Assembly (NCBI GenBank): GCA_963663035.1
Contig: OY760074.1
Span: 2,560,001 to 2,624,000 of the forward strand
Reading direction: 5' to 3'
From: Acidobacteriota bacterium
Lineage (GTDB): Bacteria; Acidobacteriota; UBA6911; RPQK01; JADFOI01
Length of the DNA: 64,000 bases
The notes under the pieces are model-generated. The model was not told the DNA's origin and did not search any database. It saw nothing but the letters and a program-made list of their open reading frames with translations. Each line of letters begins with the position of its first letter. The first letter of the stretch is position 1. Shown piece after piece: positions 39,271 to 50,839 of the stretch. The position numbers and the translations under genes are program-made.

Positions 39271-40525
39271 CTAATTTGTCACCTCATCAAACACCCGCAG
39301 CAGGTTTTCTCCCATGATCTTGGCCACATCCTCAGAACTGTACCCTCGGCCCGAAAGGGCCTGAGCGATATTCTGGTACTCACCGGCGTTCTCAATCCCT
39401 TTGATATTGACCGAGTAGCCTCCCCAGTCTGAGCTGATCCCCACATAATCAGGCCCCACCAGCCTGACGATGTGGTCGATGACATCAATAAGGTTCGAGA
39501 GAGGAGGGATGTCCTGGCGGCGCTGGAGAATCGTTTCACTCGGTCCTGATCCCCCCCCCACCTGTTCGTTCAGCGATGAAATCGTAGATCTTGGTGGGGT
39601 CTCCCCGGTAGACCAGCGGCTCCAGTCCCATGATGCCCGAGCCGCGCTGGCGGCCTCCGTGCCACTTGGCATCGTACTCCCGGCTCACCTGCTGAGGTAA
39701 GAAGGCAACGGAAATGACTCCTCTCTTGTCGGCCAGGGCTCGGATCATGTCGTCGCTCCAGTTCCCGGGCCGATCCACCAGGGCTCGAGCCCCCGAGTGA
39801 GTCGTCGCCACCGGCTGGGTGCTGGCTGCCATCACATCCCAGATGGTTTGCTCAGCCGCGTGGGAGAGATCAATCAGAATTCCCAGTCGATTCATCTCGG
39901 CCACCAGCTCTCGGCCGTAGGCAGTCAGCCCTGACCCCTTACCCTGGTTTTTGGTGGTGTACATGACATCACCGATATTGTTCTCAAGGTTGTGGACCAG
40001 GTTCATCTCGCGCAGGCCCAGCCTGTGCAGCATGCGCAGAACTCCCAGGTCGCTCTCAATGGCAAGGGCTCCTTCAATCGCCATGACGGCTGCTAGTTTG
40101 CGCTCTCTGCGAAGGGCGCGAACATCGGCAGCATTCCTAGCCACTCCAACCTGATCCGGGAACATGGCGATTTGGCGATAGAAGTGATCAAACTGCCTCA
40201 GCGCCTCTTTGACGGCCAAATGGTTGGCTTCGAAGAACTCGTCAATCGAGGTGTTAAAAAAAGCAGCCCCCAGTCCCCCCTCTTGAGCCATGGAGAGCGT
40301 AAAGCGGGGATCGGGACTCGGCTCTCCAATGTTGCCTCCTCGCCGATAGGCGGAGGATGTGGGGTGCATGTGCCCATCAAAGTCCCAGAATTTGCCGTCC
40401 TGGAGGCTCTGGGCTTGGCTGGTCGAAGACCCGGGCCAAAAGGCCGGGGAGAAAATACCCAGTGCCAAGGCAAGTGCTAAAAGCACGGCAACCAGCATGA
40501 GCCACCGCGCACTGGAGAGATTCAT
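39271..40525 (-). pseudogene. Second M19 dipeptidase, frameshifted in a G9 tract
   Basis: N-part 40525-39536 and C-part in another frame to 39271; C9 at 39551-39559 on plus strand, and removing one base restores the frame. Confidence 0.85.
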
Positions 40526-40569
40526 AGCTCACCTCCTGTGATATTCCTATGATTCTCTTCTCCTCTTGC

Positions 40570-42741
40570 TCAAAAGTCAAAGGAGTGGGTGAGTTTGACG
40601 ATGATTGTTCGATCGGTGAGATCCGACCTGCGCGTTTGATTGTAAACCACGAACAAATCATCGCCTAGTCGGTAGATATAGTTGAGTCGAAAGTTGATAT
40701 TGAACAGATCTTCCAGGTTGTCGTATTGGAGAGTGGTGCTGGTGAGCCACTCGTTGGTCAAGTTGTAATTGATCCCTATGTTGCTCACGCTGGAAGAAAA
40801 CTCGCCGCCCGGCAACACGACATCATCCAGCCTGTACTGAATGTCAAAGGAGAGGTTTTGTGACCACTTGATATTGGGGTCCAGATTCAGCGTGGTTCTG
40901 CTGCCATCCCAGAAGTTATTTTCTCGTTGGACCTGGAAGAAGCCACTCACTCTTCTACCCCCGTAGGAGTTGAATTGCGCCTGGAAGCGATCACTGCTGT
41001 ACGATCCAGGTGGAACCGGAATCCGTCCCCTCAACTGAAAGGGATCCTCCAGGAATTCAAAAGCCTTGGTGTAGCCAAACTGAAGGGAGTCTCCACTTTC
41101 CAATGCTACGCCGAACCTTAGGGCCTGCTCTCTTGTTTCTAAAACCTCGTCCTGGTTGCTGAGGTAACGCAAGTCGGCACCCAGCTCAAAGCGCCGGATC
41201 CATTCGCTGCTGGGTCGTGGGTTGACCTGGAAGTTCAACATACTCTGGTTCATGCCCGCCCGCGGGACGAAACCCATCTCGGCATTGAAGTTCCGCCCAA
41301 TGATCATGTGTTCCGCGTTGGCGGAAAAAAAGTCGGTTTGCCAGGTTATCTGAAGCGGTCTGGTCGCCCAATCGTCTTCATCAACTCCGGGGGTTTGAGA
41401 ACTGGTGAAGAAAGATTCCACGTGCAGGTTGTCAAAAAACACGAAATTTCCGTCCACACCAAAAACACGGTTGGAGTCGTCCTCCAGGCTGGACTGGCGA
41501 TTGGTGAGCATGGCGCCCACATTTGAACGAGACAGGAATCTTTTTCTGAACCTCAGCACCGAGAAATTACTGCCGGGGGTACCCTCAATATCGTCCGTCT
41601 GCATGTTTATGAAGCCTAAGTCCAAACCCTTGATCTGCCCGGTGAGTTTGACCCCGGCAAGAATGTCTATCGGCTCCCGACTGTCTGATAAACCGATGGT
41701 TCGACTATGAAAGAGTTTCACTTCCGGTACAAATCCCCCCGGACCGAAATCAAAAAGGCTGGCATTTTCCTGGAAGAACTCTCTTCTTTCAGGAAAGAAT
41801 ACGGAAAATCGTGTCAGGTTCACGATCTGTTGATCGACATCTGCTTGGGCGAAATCCGGATTGGCAGTGAAATCCAGGGTCAGACTGGGAGTCAGCTGAT
41901 ATTTCACATCCTCCAGTCCCACATCGAACAGATGATCCGTCTCCGCTGTTCCGTCCCTGAAGGCACGGGACGCACCTCCAGTCAAGTAGGGCTTGATGCG
42001 GAGTCTGTGCTCACTGGAAATGTTCTCCAAACCAACCAGTTCACCCGCTTGAGAGACCTGAAGGAAGTTGAAGTCGCGCCGATAATTGCTCCATACGGCC
42101 TCCTCGTTTTTTCGCCTGATGTTTCGCTTGAAGTCGATTCCCCACACTTGACTGTCCCGGTCCGGCATTCGTATGGAGTTGAAGGGGATCTCGATTTCAA
42201 CCATCCAGCCCACCTCATTTCTGGTGGCGGCCACCAGCCAGCGTTCATCCCAGTTGGAGTTTTCACGCCCTCCTTCGTCGGTGATCCAGGAGTCAAACTT
42301 GGTTCCCAAGGGATTGGTGCGAAAGAGAAAACCATCCTGATGGTTGTGAAAAGTATCCAGGATGATCTCAAAGGTATCGTCGCTCCCCAGTGAGTCATCC
42401 CGAGCTCTCTCATGGGCGATGATCCTTCCGGCTTGAGAATCCTCACACAGGACGCCAAAGAAAATGGACTCGTCATTGTAGATGATCCTAATGACGGTTC
42501 TTTCGGTAGCTGCTGTCCCTTCCTGGGGATCCCGCTGCAGGAATCCAGAGACAACAGGCGCCCCATTCCAGATTGCCTCGCTCAGATCGCCATCCACAGT
42601 CGGTGAGCCATCCACCCGCAGGGCCTGAGCGACTTTCCTGGCCGGGCCCTGCACCACCGCGGGCCGCGCCATCGCATGGCAGACACAGCTAACCCCAATC
42701 ATCAGGATAAGGACAATGACCGAGTTGACACGCCAGGGCAT
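40570..42741 (-). CDS. DUF5916 outer-membrane protein with N-terminal CBM9-like domain
   Basis: PTVDGDLSE, LDTFH, EIEIPF, NPDFAQ, FFPERREFFQE, C-terminal Phe (THSFDF). Confidence 0.85.
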   Translation of the reverse strand: MPWRVNSVIVLILMIGVSCVCHAMARPAVVQGPARKVAQALRVDGSPTVDGDLSEAIWNGAPVVSGFLQRDPQEGTAATERTVIRIIYNDESIFFGVLCEDSQAGRIIAHERARDDSLGSDDTFEIILDTFHNHQDGFLFRTNPLGTKFDSWITDEGGRENSNWDERWLVAATRNEVGWMVEIEIPFNSIRMPDRDSQVWGIDFKRNIRRKNEEAVWSNYRRDFNFLQVSQAGELVGLENISSEHRLRIKPYLTGGASRAFRDGTAETDHLFDVGLEDVKYQLTPSLTLDFTANPDFAQADVDQQIVNLTRFSVFFPERREFFQENASLFDFGPGGFVPEVKLFHSRTIGLSDSREPIDILAGVKLTGQIKGLDLGFINMQTDDIEGTPGSNFSVLRFRKRFLSRSNVGAMLTNRQSSLEDDSNRVFGVDGNFVFFDNLHVESFFTSSQTPGVDEDDWATRPLQITWQTDFFSANAEHMIIGRNFNAEMGFVPRAGMNQSMLNFQVNPRPSSEWIRRFELGADLRYLSNQDEVLETREQALRFGVALESGDSLQFGYTKAFEFLEDPFQLRGRIPVPPGSYSSDRFQAQFNSYGGRRVSGFFQVQRENNFWDGSRTTLNLDPNIKWSQNLSFDIQYRLDDVVLPGGEFSSSVSNIGINYNLTNEWLTSTTLQYDNLEDLFNINFRLNYIYRLGDDLFVVYNQTRRSDLTDRTIIVKLTHSFDF

Positions 42742-42760
42742 TTTCGTGAATTCAGGACTG

Positions 42761-42790
42761 CTAGCCGGGATTATGCATATTCCCGGCTAG
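42761..42790. repeat. Collapsed MITE-like copy C (terminal repeats only)
   Basis: CTAGCCGGGATTATGCATATTCCCGGCTAG near-perfect palindrome matching the ends of copies B and E. Confidence 0.75.
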
Positions 42791-43377
42791 AAATCAAAGG
42801 TGTGGGTGATTTTAAAGAGAATAGACCAGCTGCGTTCCTCGCTGGCTTGATCGAGGTCGGTCAGGCTTCGATTGAAAACCAGGAAGATGTCGTCTCCGGG
42901 CCGATAGATGTAGTTCAGGCGAACGTTCAGCCCCCACTCCTTATCCAGATGGTTGTACTGAAGGGTCGTGCTGGTGAGCCACTGGTTGGTGAGATTGAGG
43001 TCGAATCTCCCATTGGCAACGTGAGAGGTGAACGCTCCCTGGGGCAGATCTACCTTCTCCAGCTCGTATTCAAACTCAGTCAGAAACTGATCGGACCATC
43101 GCATCTCTGGTCCGAGTTGGAGCGAGGATTTCTTGCCTCCCCAAAAGTCCTCTCTGGAGATCATGAAGAAGCCGGAAACCCATCTTCCACCATAGGGACG
43201 CAACTGAAGAGAAAACTCGTCGTTCCGATAGGTTCCAGCAGGAACAGGAATTCTGCCGGCCAGAAGAAACCCATCCTCCTCCTCCAAATTTCTGGCATAC
43301 CCAAGCTCCACTGACCTTGCCCCCTAAAACGAGTCCAGTTTGAATGTTAGGATTTCCGGTTTAGGAAGGAGGCAAGG

Positions 43378-43656
43378 ATGGCAGGGAAGCGGTTTAGGGC
43401 AGAACAGATCATCATGAAGCTGCGTGAGGCAGAGGTGGGTCTGGCCCAAGGACAGAGGGTGGGACAGGTGTCGAAGCAGATGGGGGTGAGCGAGCAGACC
43501 TACTACCGGTGGCGCAAAGAGTACGGAGGGCTCCGGTTGGACCAGGCCAAGAGGTTGAAGGTGTTGGAGAAGGAGAATACCCGGTTGAAGAAGCTGGTGG
43601 CGGATCTGTCTTTGGACAAGCAGATCCTGAAGGAAGTGTCCTCGGGAAACTTCTAG
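43378..43656 (+). CDS. IS3 transposase OrfA
   Basis: [19 protein letters not shown]; slippery G-GGA-AAC at 43644-43650. Confidence 0.92.
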   Translation: MAGKRFRAEQIIMKLREAEVGLAQGQRVGQVSKQMGVSEQTYYRWRKEYGGLRLDQAKRLKVLEKENTRLKKLVADLSLDKQILKEVSSGNF

Positions 43657-44549
43657 GCCCGGCGAACAGGAGACGAGCGGTGATGTGGGTACGAGAGCGA
43701 TTAGGAGCAGAGCGAGTCTCCGAACGTCGGGCCTGCCAAGTGCTGGGACAGGTTCGATCGACCCAGCGAAGGGAAAGGCAAATTCCCGATGATGAGGCCC
43801 GATTGGTGGCCCGGATGGTGGAGTTGGCTACGCAATACGGGCGTTATGGCTACCGGCGGGTCACGGCGATACTTCATGGGGAAGGGTGGAAGGTGAATCC
43901 TAAGCGGGTGGAGAGGCTGTGGAGACAAGAAGGGCTGAAAGTCCCGTCCAGACAGCCGAAACGAAGGAGGCTGTGGCTTAATGACGGTTCCTGTGTTCGG
44001 TTACGAGCGGCTCGCAAGAACCACGTCTGGAGCTATGATTTCGTGCATGAACGGACCCATGATGGGCGAGCCTTTCGGCTATTGACGATCCTGGATGAGT
44101 ACACCAGAGAGTGCCTCGCCATTGATGTGAAACGGCAGATGAATCACCAAGACGTGTTGGACCGGCTGGCGGAGTTATTCGTTGATCGGGGAGTGCCTGA
44201 GTTTATCCGGTCCGATAACGGATCGGAGTTTACGGCACAGGCGGTCCGGGACTGGCTGCAGGCTGTTGGGGTAAGGACCTTGTACATCGAGCCGGGCAGC
44301 CCCTGGGAGAATGGGTACATTGAGAGTTTCAACGGGAAACTACGGGATGAGCTGCTGAACATGGAGATCTTCGACACGCTGGGGGAAGCCAAGGTGTTGG
44401 TAGAACGCTGGCGGAGGGATTACAATCAGATCCGGCCTCACAGCGCCTTGGCCTATCGGCCGCCGGCGCCAGAGGCCAAACTACCTAGGTCGCAGGCACT
44501 GGATCCAATCCCTTGGAGTGGACTTCAAATGGTCCCGGGTCTAGCATAG
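43509..44549 (+). CDS. IS3 transposase OrfB (translated via -1 frameshift)
   Basis: [32 protein letters not shown]. Confidence 0.92.
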   Translation: MAQRVRRAPVGPGQEVEGVGEGEYPVEEAGGGSVFGQADPEGSVLGKLLGPANRRRAVMWVRERLGAERVSERRACQVLGQVRSTQRRERQIPDDEARLVARMVELATQYGRYGYRRVTAILHGEGWKVNPKRVERLWRQEGLKVPSRQPKRRRLWLNDGSCVRLRAARKNHVWSYDFVHERTHDGRAFRLLTILDEYTRECLAIDVKRQMNHQDVLDRLAELFVDRGVPEFIRSDNGSEFTAQAVRDWLQAVGVRTLYIEPGSPWENGYIESFNGKLRDELLNMEIFDTLGEAKVLVERWRRDYNQIRPHSALAYRPPAPEAKLPRSQALDPIPWSGLQMVPGLA

Positions 44550-46373
44550 AGGGTGGACTCGTTCGTGGGGGCAGGTCACCACGGCATCTCCACTTTCCAT
44601 GTCCAGACCGAAGCTGACACTCTGCTCCCGGCTCTGTAAGTTTCCGTCCATATCCGTCAGGTACTCCAGGTCGGCACTGAATTCCAACTGGCGGAGCCAC
44701 TCGGCTCCGGGTCGCGGGCTGAACTCCAAGCCGACAACACTTTTTTGGATGTCGGATCGGCTGACAAAACCCACCTCAGCGCTAAAATCTTCCTCCACGA
44801 TCAAGTGGCGCGCCAGGGCGGAGAAACGGTCCGTGTCCCAAGTGAGCCAGAAAGGGACAGCAGCCCACCCATTTCCGGAGTCGCCGCTGGACTCTGATTT
44901 GACGACGAAACCCTGAAATTGGAGATTTTCCATAAAGATGAAATGGGAATCCACTCCAAAAGTTACGTTGTTCCCCTCTGCCGTGTTTTGCAAATGGGTG
45001 GCCATTGCGCCCACATAGGATCGAGCAAAGAGATTCTTTCTCAGCCGATAGGCGCCATAATTGGTGCCTGGCGTTCCTTCGTGCTCTCGGGTCTGCGCAT
45101 TCATGACTCCCAGACCCCAGCCAGGAAACTGGCCGGTCAGTCGAGCGCCAAAGAGAATGGGAATGGGCTCTGCCCTTCGCCCGCTCGTCAGTCCAATGCG
45201 CCGGGTATGCAACAGCTTGACCTCGGGTCTTCCTCTCCCCCCCGTTCCAAACTCAAACAGGCCGGCGTCTTCCAGGAAAAACTCCCGCTTTTCCTGAAAG
45301 AAAAGGGAAAAGCGCGTCAGATTGATCTGTAAGTCATCCACCTCGGCCTGGGCAAAATCGGGATTGACCGTCGCATCCAGCTTTAAGCGGTTGGTGAGGG
45401 TGTATCGGACGTTCTCCAGGCCCACATCCAGCTCTTCCTCAGTTAGCCGCTCACTCTGCGAGCTCACTCGAAGCGTCCCTCCCACAAAGTAGGGCTTCAC
45501 CTGTAAACTCAGGATCCGCACGCTGTCTGGGAGCTCAGTGAGATGTCCCGCTTGAGACACCTCCACAAACCCGTAGTCCCTTTGGTAGTTGCTCCATACC
45601 ACGGTTTCGTTCTTTCGGCGAATCTCCCTCCTAAAATCGATGCCCCAGACAGCCTCGTCCATCTGCGGTATCCGAAGGATCTTGAATGGAATCTTGATTT
45701 CCGCTCCCCACCCCCAGGAATAGACTTGAGCCGCCACTTCCCAGCGGCCATCCCACTCTTCGTTTTGAAGCTTCCCTTCGTCCGTGATGAGTGCATCCCA
45801 CAGGTTGCCCAGAGGATTGGTACGAAAGAAGTAGGAGTCTCGATGGCTGTGAAAAGTGTCCAGGACAAACCCAAAAGTATCATCGGCCTCCATATCGGCG
45901 TCACGCCTTCTCTCAGTGGCCCGAATTTGCTGCGGTGCTGAATCATAGCATCGCACAGCCAAAAAAAGAGTATCGCTGGTATAAATGATCTGCACCTCCG
46001 TCCTCTCGCTGGGTTCGCCCCCTTCGTTCGGTTCCTGTTGGCGAAAGTCGGAGATCGCAGGAGCATTGACCCATTGGGGGTCGGTGAACTCTCCATCTAA
46101 AACAGGGCCTTCTGCTACGGCCACGGCCTGAATGACTTTGGTGCTTTCCGCTGTGGCGTCTTGCTGAGCCTCTGCTGAAGAGAGTCCCAGCAGAAGGATC
46201 AGTAAGATTGTGAAGGCTTTCGTCACGGGCTGCACTCTATTCAAACTTCCCTTTCGATAGTAAAGATGGCTCAACTAATAAAGACCTTCACCCGGGTCAG
46301 GGCGTTCGCTTTTTTTTGGTGTCACGGTTGCTTTCCAGCGATTCTATGGCCAGGGAAAAAGAAGGTCAAGGCA

Positions 46374-46402
46374 CACGACTGCACGACTGCACGACTGCAC
46401 GA
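46374..46402. repeat. Tandem octamer (CACGACTG) x3.6
   Basis: Directly after the MFS stop codon. Confidence 0.8.
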
Positions 46403-46404
46403 AC

Positions 46405-47949
46405 TCAGCGCCGGGCGTGCTGGCGGGCTGATCCCGGCGGCACCAGAAAGGCCGAAGCCAGAGCCAGAAGAGAAGCCAGGAAGCCGACCAGGAAAACATC
46501 CTGCAAAACCGCCCCAAATATACCTTGCAGTCTTTCCAACAACTCCGGGGGAATCTGAGCGCGGCTGAGGGGGTTCACGATAGCATCAGGGTGGCGAGCA
46601 ATATAAGCGACCTGCTCGGTCTGTTCCGCGGCCTCCAGGGTAGCGAGTTTTGACAGCATCTGGCCGGCCATGACGGTTCCCATGATAGCGATTCCGATGG
46701 AGGCCCCAATGGTGCGAAAAAACTGGGTTGCGGAAGTCGCTATCCCCAGGTAGCTGCGAGGAAACCGGTTCTGAACGGCGATGAGCATGGAGATCATGCT
46801 GAGCCCCATTCCCATACCCATGAGAACCAACACCATCGTCAGATGTAAAGAAGTGACTTGGACCGTGATCCGGCTGAGCAGAAAAAAGCCGGTGCTCAGG
46901 CAAACCATTCCGGCAATGACCGTTTTGCGGTATCCCACGATGAGAATCAAGCGTCCCCCGATAATAGAGAAAGTCACCCAACCCAACATGAGCGGAGTCA
47001 GTGCCCATCCGGCTTCTGTGGCCCCGGTGCCCAGTACCCCCTGGACGAAGAGAGGAAGAAAGGAAATCGCTCCGAAGAGGGCCATCCCACTGAAAAAACC
47101 GTTGAGTGCGGCAGCGGTAAAGATTCGATCGCGAAAGAGGTGTAAAGGAAAAATAGGGTCAATGGCTCTCCTTTGCTGGAAAAGAAACAGGGCCAACAGA
47201 ACGACTCCTGCCATCAAGAGCAGAGACGGGTCAGGACTCGATTGGCCTCTTCTCCACTGATCCAGGCCGAAGAGAAGAAGGGAAAAGGAGACCATCAAAA
47301 GTAGAGCTCCCAGGTAATCCACCCGGCTGCGGCGTTCCTTCCTGGGCTCAACCAGGGCCAGAGTGATGATGCTCCCCGCTAAAATGCCAAAGGGAATATT
47401 GAGAAAAAATACCCATCGCCAGGACAGGTGGTCGGTGATGAGTCCTCCCAGAAGGGGTCCGACGATACTGCTCAGCCCCCATACCCCACTGAACCAGCCT
47501 TGCATGCGGGCACGACGCTCCAGAGAGTAAATGTCGCCGACGATGGTCATTCCCAGGGGAAGCAAGGCTCCCGCCCCCAAACCCTGAAGGGCTCGAGCAG
47601 CAATCAGCTGTATCATCGACTGGCTCAAACCACAGAGAACCGAACCGGAAACAAAGAGTACAATGCCGGTGAGATAGAATACGCGTCGCCCATAGAGATC
47701 GGAAAGACGTCCCCACAGAGGAACTGTTACGGTGGCCGTAAGGAAGTAAATCGAGTACACCCAACTGTACAGCTCCAACCCTCCCAGGCTTGAGATGACG
47801 GTGGGCATGGCCGTCACCACCGCCGTGCCTTCCAGGGCGCTGAGAAAAAGTCCCATCATGACTCCTGCCGTGATCCAGAGCCGCCGGCGCGGAGTCAAGT
47901 TCAAGGGGCCCACCCTCTCATGTGGGCTTGCAGGTATCTCTTGTGACAT
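46405..47949 (-). CDS. MFS drug:H+ antiporter (DHA2/EmrB-like, 14 TM)
   Basis: WGRLSDLYGRR, RALQGLGAG, SWRWVFFLNIPFG, FRTIG. Confidence 0.92.
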   Translation of the reverse strand: MSQEIPASPHERVGPLNLTPRRRLWITAGVMMGLFLSALEGTAVVTAMPTVISSLGGLELYSWVYSIYFLTATVTVPLWGRLSDLYGRRVFYLTGIVLFVSGSVLCGLSQSMIQLIAARALQGLGAGALLPLGMTIVGDIYSLERRARMQGWFSGVWGLSSIVGPLLGGLITDHLSWRWVFFLNIPFGILAGSIITLALVEPRKERRSRVDYLGALLLMVSFSLLLFGLDQWRRGQSSPDPSLLLMAGVVLLALFLFQQRRAIDPIFPLHLFRDRIFTAAALNGFFSGMALFGAISFLPLFVQGVLGTGATEAGWALTPLMLGWVTFSIIGGRLILIVGYRKTVIAGMVCLSTGFFLLSRITVQVTSLHLTMVLVLMGMGMGLSMISMLIAVQNRFPRSYLGIATSATQFFRTIGASIGIAIMGTVMAGQMLSKLATLEAAEQTEQVAYIARHPDAIVNPLSRAQIPPELLERLQGIFGAVLQDVFLVGFLASLLALASAFLVPPGSARQHARR

Positions 47950-47996
47950 GGAGGCGGAATTATAGCAGGCTGGAGTTTGCTTGAGCTGACTTTTGC

Positions 47997-49007
47997 ATGG
48001 TAGGCTCACCTCGGAATTATTCGATAGTGGCCCATTTTGAACCCAGCCCCGAAAATCTTATTCGTCACGATTGGAGTGATGAGGAGATCGAGGCAATCCA
48101 CAATCTACCCGTCCCCGATCTGCTGTTTCGGGCCCAGCTCGAACACCGCCGCTACCACGATCCTCAGAAGGTGCAGCTGTGCACCCTGTTGAGCATCAAG
48201 ACAGGCGGCTGTCCGGAGGACTGTGCCTATTGCCCACAAAGCGCCTACTACGACAGCGGCGTCCCTTCGCAAGCCTTGCTGGAGACGGCTGAGGTTGTAG
48301 AGGCCGCCCGCCAAGCACGGGATAACGGTTCGACTCGTTTTTGCATGGGCGCTGCCTGGCGAGAGGTCCGCCAGGGTCCTGAATTCGAACGGGTACTCGA
48401 GATGGTCGGGCAGGTCCGTGAACTGGGATTGGAGGTTTGCTGCACTCTGGGAATGCTCACGCTCGACCAGGCCAAGCGCCTGGCTGAAGCGGGACTGACA
48501 GCTTACAACCACAACCTGGATACCGGCCCTGATTACTACAGCCGCATCATTTCCACTCGAACTTATCAGGACCGCCTCCAGACTCTCGCACATGTCCGCG
48601 AGGCGGGTGTGACCGTCTGCTGTGGAGGAATCCTGGGCATGGGGGAAGGTCTGCAGGATCGGATCGCCCTGTTGCGGGTTCTTTCCCACCTGAATCCCCA
48701 TCCGGAAAGCGTTCCCATCAACGCACTGGTTCGAGTGGAGGCCACTCCTTTGGGTCATGCGCCTCCAGTGGATCCGATCGAGATCGTCCGCATGATCGCC
48801 ACGGCACGGATCGTGATGCCCAGGAGCCGCGTCCGACTCAGTGCGGGACGAACCGAAATGTCAGTGGAGACGCAGGCCCTTTGTTTCGTGGCTGGAGCCA
48901 ACTCCATTTTTAGCGGGGAGAAACTCCTCACCACGCCCAATCCTGGCATCTCGCATGATCGGGCATTGCTGGCGAAACTGGGTCTCTCGCCGCTTGAAGG
49001 ATTATGA
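47997..49007 (+). CDS. bioB: Biotin synthase
   Basis: [13 protein letters not shown] radical SAM motif, [23 protein letters not shown]. Confidence 0.97.
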   Translation: MVGSPRNYSIVAHFEPSPENLIRHDWSDEEIEAIHNLPVPDLLFRAQLEHRRYHDPQKVQLCTLLSIKTGGCPEDCAYCPQSAYYDSGVPSQALLETAEVVEAARQARDNGSTRFCMGAAWREVRQGPEFERVLEMVGQVRELGLEVCCTLGMLTLDQAKRLAEAGLTAYNHNLDTGPDYYSRIISTRTYQDRLQTLAHVREAGVTVCCGGILGMGEGLQDRIALLRVLSHLNPHPESVPINALVRVEATPLGHAPPVDPIEIVRMIATARIVMPRSRVRLSAGRTEMSVETQALCFVAGANSIFSGEKLLTTPNPGISHDRALLAKLGLSPLEGL

Positions 49008-50155
49008 AAGCTCTTCTTCGGGAACTGGAAAAGCAACTGGAGGAGATCCGGACCCAGAAACTCTACCGCAGGTTGGACGATCCCCAAGGCCTTGATTTTT
49101 GCTCCAACGACTATCTGGGCTTCTCCCAGGACCCCAACTTTCGCGCTGCCATTCTGGAGAAGCTCAGCCAGACTGCCGAACTGTACCCGCTCTCTTCACC
49201 GGCATCCAGACTTTTGCGCGGTAACACCTCGCAGCATCAATCCCTGGAGAAAAGACTGTCTCTTTTCAAGGGGACAGAAGCGGCCCTGATTTTCCCCACC
49301 GGATACCAGACCAATTTGGGAGTCTTAACGACCCTGATAGAACCCCAGGATCGTGTTCTTTCCGATTCTCAGAATCACGCCAGTATTATCGACGGCTTGC
49401 GCCTGAGCGGCTGCCAGAAGATCATCTTCGCTCACCTCGATGTAGGTGCGGTGGAGAAGGCTCTGAGCCGTCCCCATCCAGAGGGAAAAACTTTTCTGGT
49501 GACCGAATCCCTTTTCAGCATGGACGGAGATATCGCTCCTCTTGACACCTATGCTGAGTTGGTGGAGAGGAGTGGGGCCTACCTCATTGTGGACGACGCC
49601 CATGCGACTGGCATCTTTGGCGACGAGAGAGGCTCCGGACTGACCGAGAGGTTCCACATAGAAAAGCGAGCCATCGCCATTATCTCGACCTTCGGCAAAG
49701 CGCTGGGCCTTTTTGGAGCCTTCGTGGCAGGACCAAGGGTCGTCATCGACTCCCTGATCAACCGCAGCCGCCCCTTCATTTTTACGACAGCCGTTCCGCC
49801 CTTTCTTCTGTGGGGTTTAGAAGCGGCTCTTGACTTGCTCAGCACCCGGCCAGAGCGGCGAGAGCGAGTGTGCTTCCTGGGCGATCGGCTCCGTCACCAG
49901 TTAAAGGAGAAAGGGCTGGATACTCTCCACAGCAGGGGTCCAATCGTCCCGGTGGTACTGGGAGAAAGCGAGCGGGCTCTCATTGTCGCCGAGCGGCTCC
50001 AGAAACAGGGTCTTGACGTGCGTGCCATTCGCCCCCCCACCGTGGCACCCGGTACGGCACGACTGAGAATCTCTGTGCATGCCAATCACACAGAAAAGGA
50101 AATTGATCAGTTGGCCGAAGCTCTGGTTGGGGCGGTCGAGACCCCCAACCCTTGA
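49004..50155 (+). CDS. bioF: 8-amino-7-oxononanoate synthase
   Basis: [35 protein letters not shown]. Confidence 0.95.
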   Translation: MKALLRELEKQLEEIRTQKLYRRLDDPQGLDFCSNDYLGFSQDPNFRAAILEKLSQTAELYPLSSPASRLLRGNTSQHQSLEKRLSLFKGTEAALIFPTGYQTNLGVLTTLIEPQDRVLSDSQNHASIIDGLRLSGCQKIIFAHLDVGAVEKALSRPHPEGKTFLVTESLFSMDGDIAPLDTYAELVERSGAYLIVDDAHATGIFGDERGSGLTERFHIEKRAIAIISTFGKALGLFGAFVAGPRVVIDSLINRSRPFIFTTAVPPFLLWGLEAALDLLSTRPERRERVCFLGDRLRHQLKEKGLDTLHSRGPIVPVVLGESERALIVAERLQKQGLDVRAIRPPTVAPGTARLRISVHANHTEKEIDQLAEALVGAVETPNP

Positions 50156-50173
50156 TGCAGACAGGGAAGAGAG

Positions 50174-50839
50174 ATGAGCCTGGTCGTTGTTGGAACAGGA
50201 ACTGAAATCGGCAAGACCATCACTTGTGCTGTCTTGTTGTCCCGTTACTCGGGGATATCCAGCTTGGCCTATTGGAAACCCATTGCCACCGGCTCAGCCC
50301 AGGACAGGGACAGTCTCGTGATCAAACGCCTTTGTGCTCATCAGGTCGAGATCCTTCAGGAGTCTTACCTTTTTGAACCCCCTGTCTCCCCTCACCTGGC
50401 AGCTCGGTTGGCCCGCAAGCGAATCCGTCCTGAAAGGATCTTGGAAGCACTGGGGACCTTTCAGCGTCAGAAGGGCGGACGGGCTTTGATCATCGAGGGC
50501 ATCGGCGGGCTGCTCGTACCCCTGACCGCAGGCGGTCATCTGCTGGCAGATCTTCTCCAGGAGATGTCCCTTCCCTGTTTGCTGGTCGCCTCCAGTACCC
50601 TGGGAACGATTAATCACACACTCCTGACCATTGAGGCCATGCGCTCCCGAGACTTAAACTTAGTGGGAGTGGTGCTCAATGGACCCCTCAATCGCGAGAA
50701 TCGCCTGGCCATCCAAAAATTCGGGAAGGCCAAAATGATTAGCGAAATTGAGCCCATGAAGGCCTTATCAAAGGAAAGTGTGGCGCGAGCCTCTCGTGGA
50801 TTCGATCGACGGGCCCTGCTAAAGTCGTATCTGACATGA
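50174..50839 (+). CDS. bioD: Dethiobiotin synthase
   Basis: GTGTEIGKT, WKPI, SPHLAA, EGIGG, LGTINH. Confidence 0.95.
   Translation: MSLVVVGTGTEIGKTITCAVLLSRYSGISSLAYWKPIATGSAQDRDSLVIKRLCAHQVEILQESYLFEPPVSPHLAARLARKRIRPERILEALGTFQRQKGGRALIIEGIGGLLVPLTAGGHLLADLLQEMSLPCLLVASSTLGTINHTLLTIEAMRSRDLNLVGVVLNGPLNRENRLAIQKFGKAKMISEIEPMKALSKESVARASRGFDRRALLKSYLT

Larger units (their letters stand above)
43312..44578 (+). mobile_element. Complete IS3-family element with 4-bp TSD
   Basis: TG...CA ends TGACC(T)TGCCCCC..ACGAGTCCA; TSD CCAC at 43308-43311 and 44579-44582. Confidence 0.93.
42787..46274 (-). pseudogene. Second DUF5916 protein interrupted by IS3
   Basis: 46274-44579 plus 43311-42787 rejoin in frame (ESGDAV|ELGYAR) after removing the IS and one TSD copy. 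Confidence 0.9.

Noticed and set aside
39536-39538. Selenocysteine or stop read-through at TGA
   Set aside because: The conserved C-terminus is in another frame, so it is a frameshift
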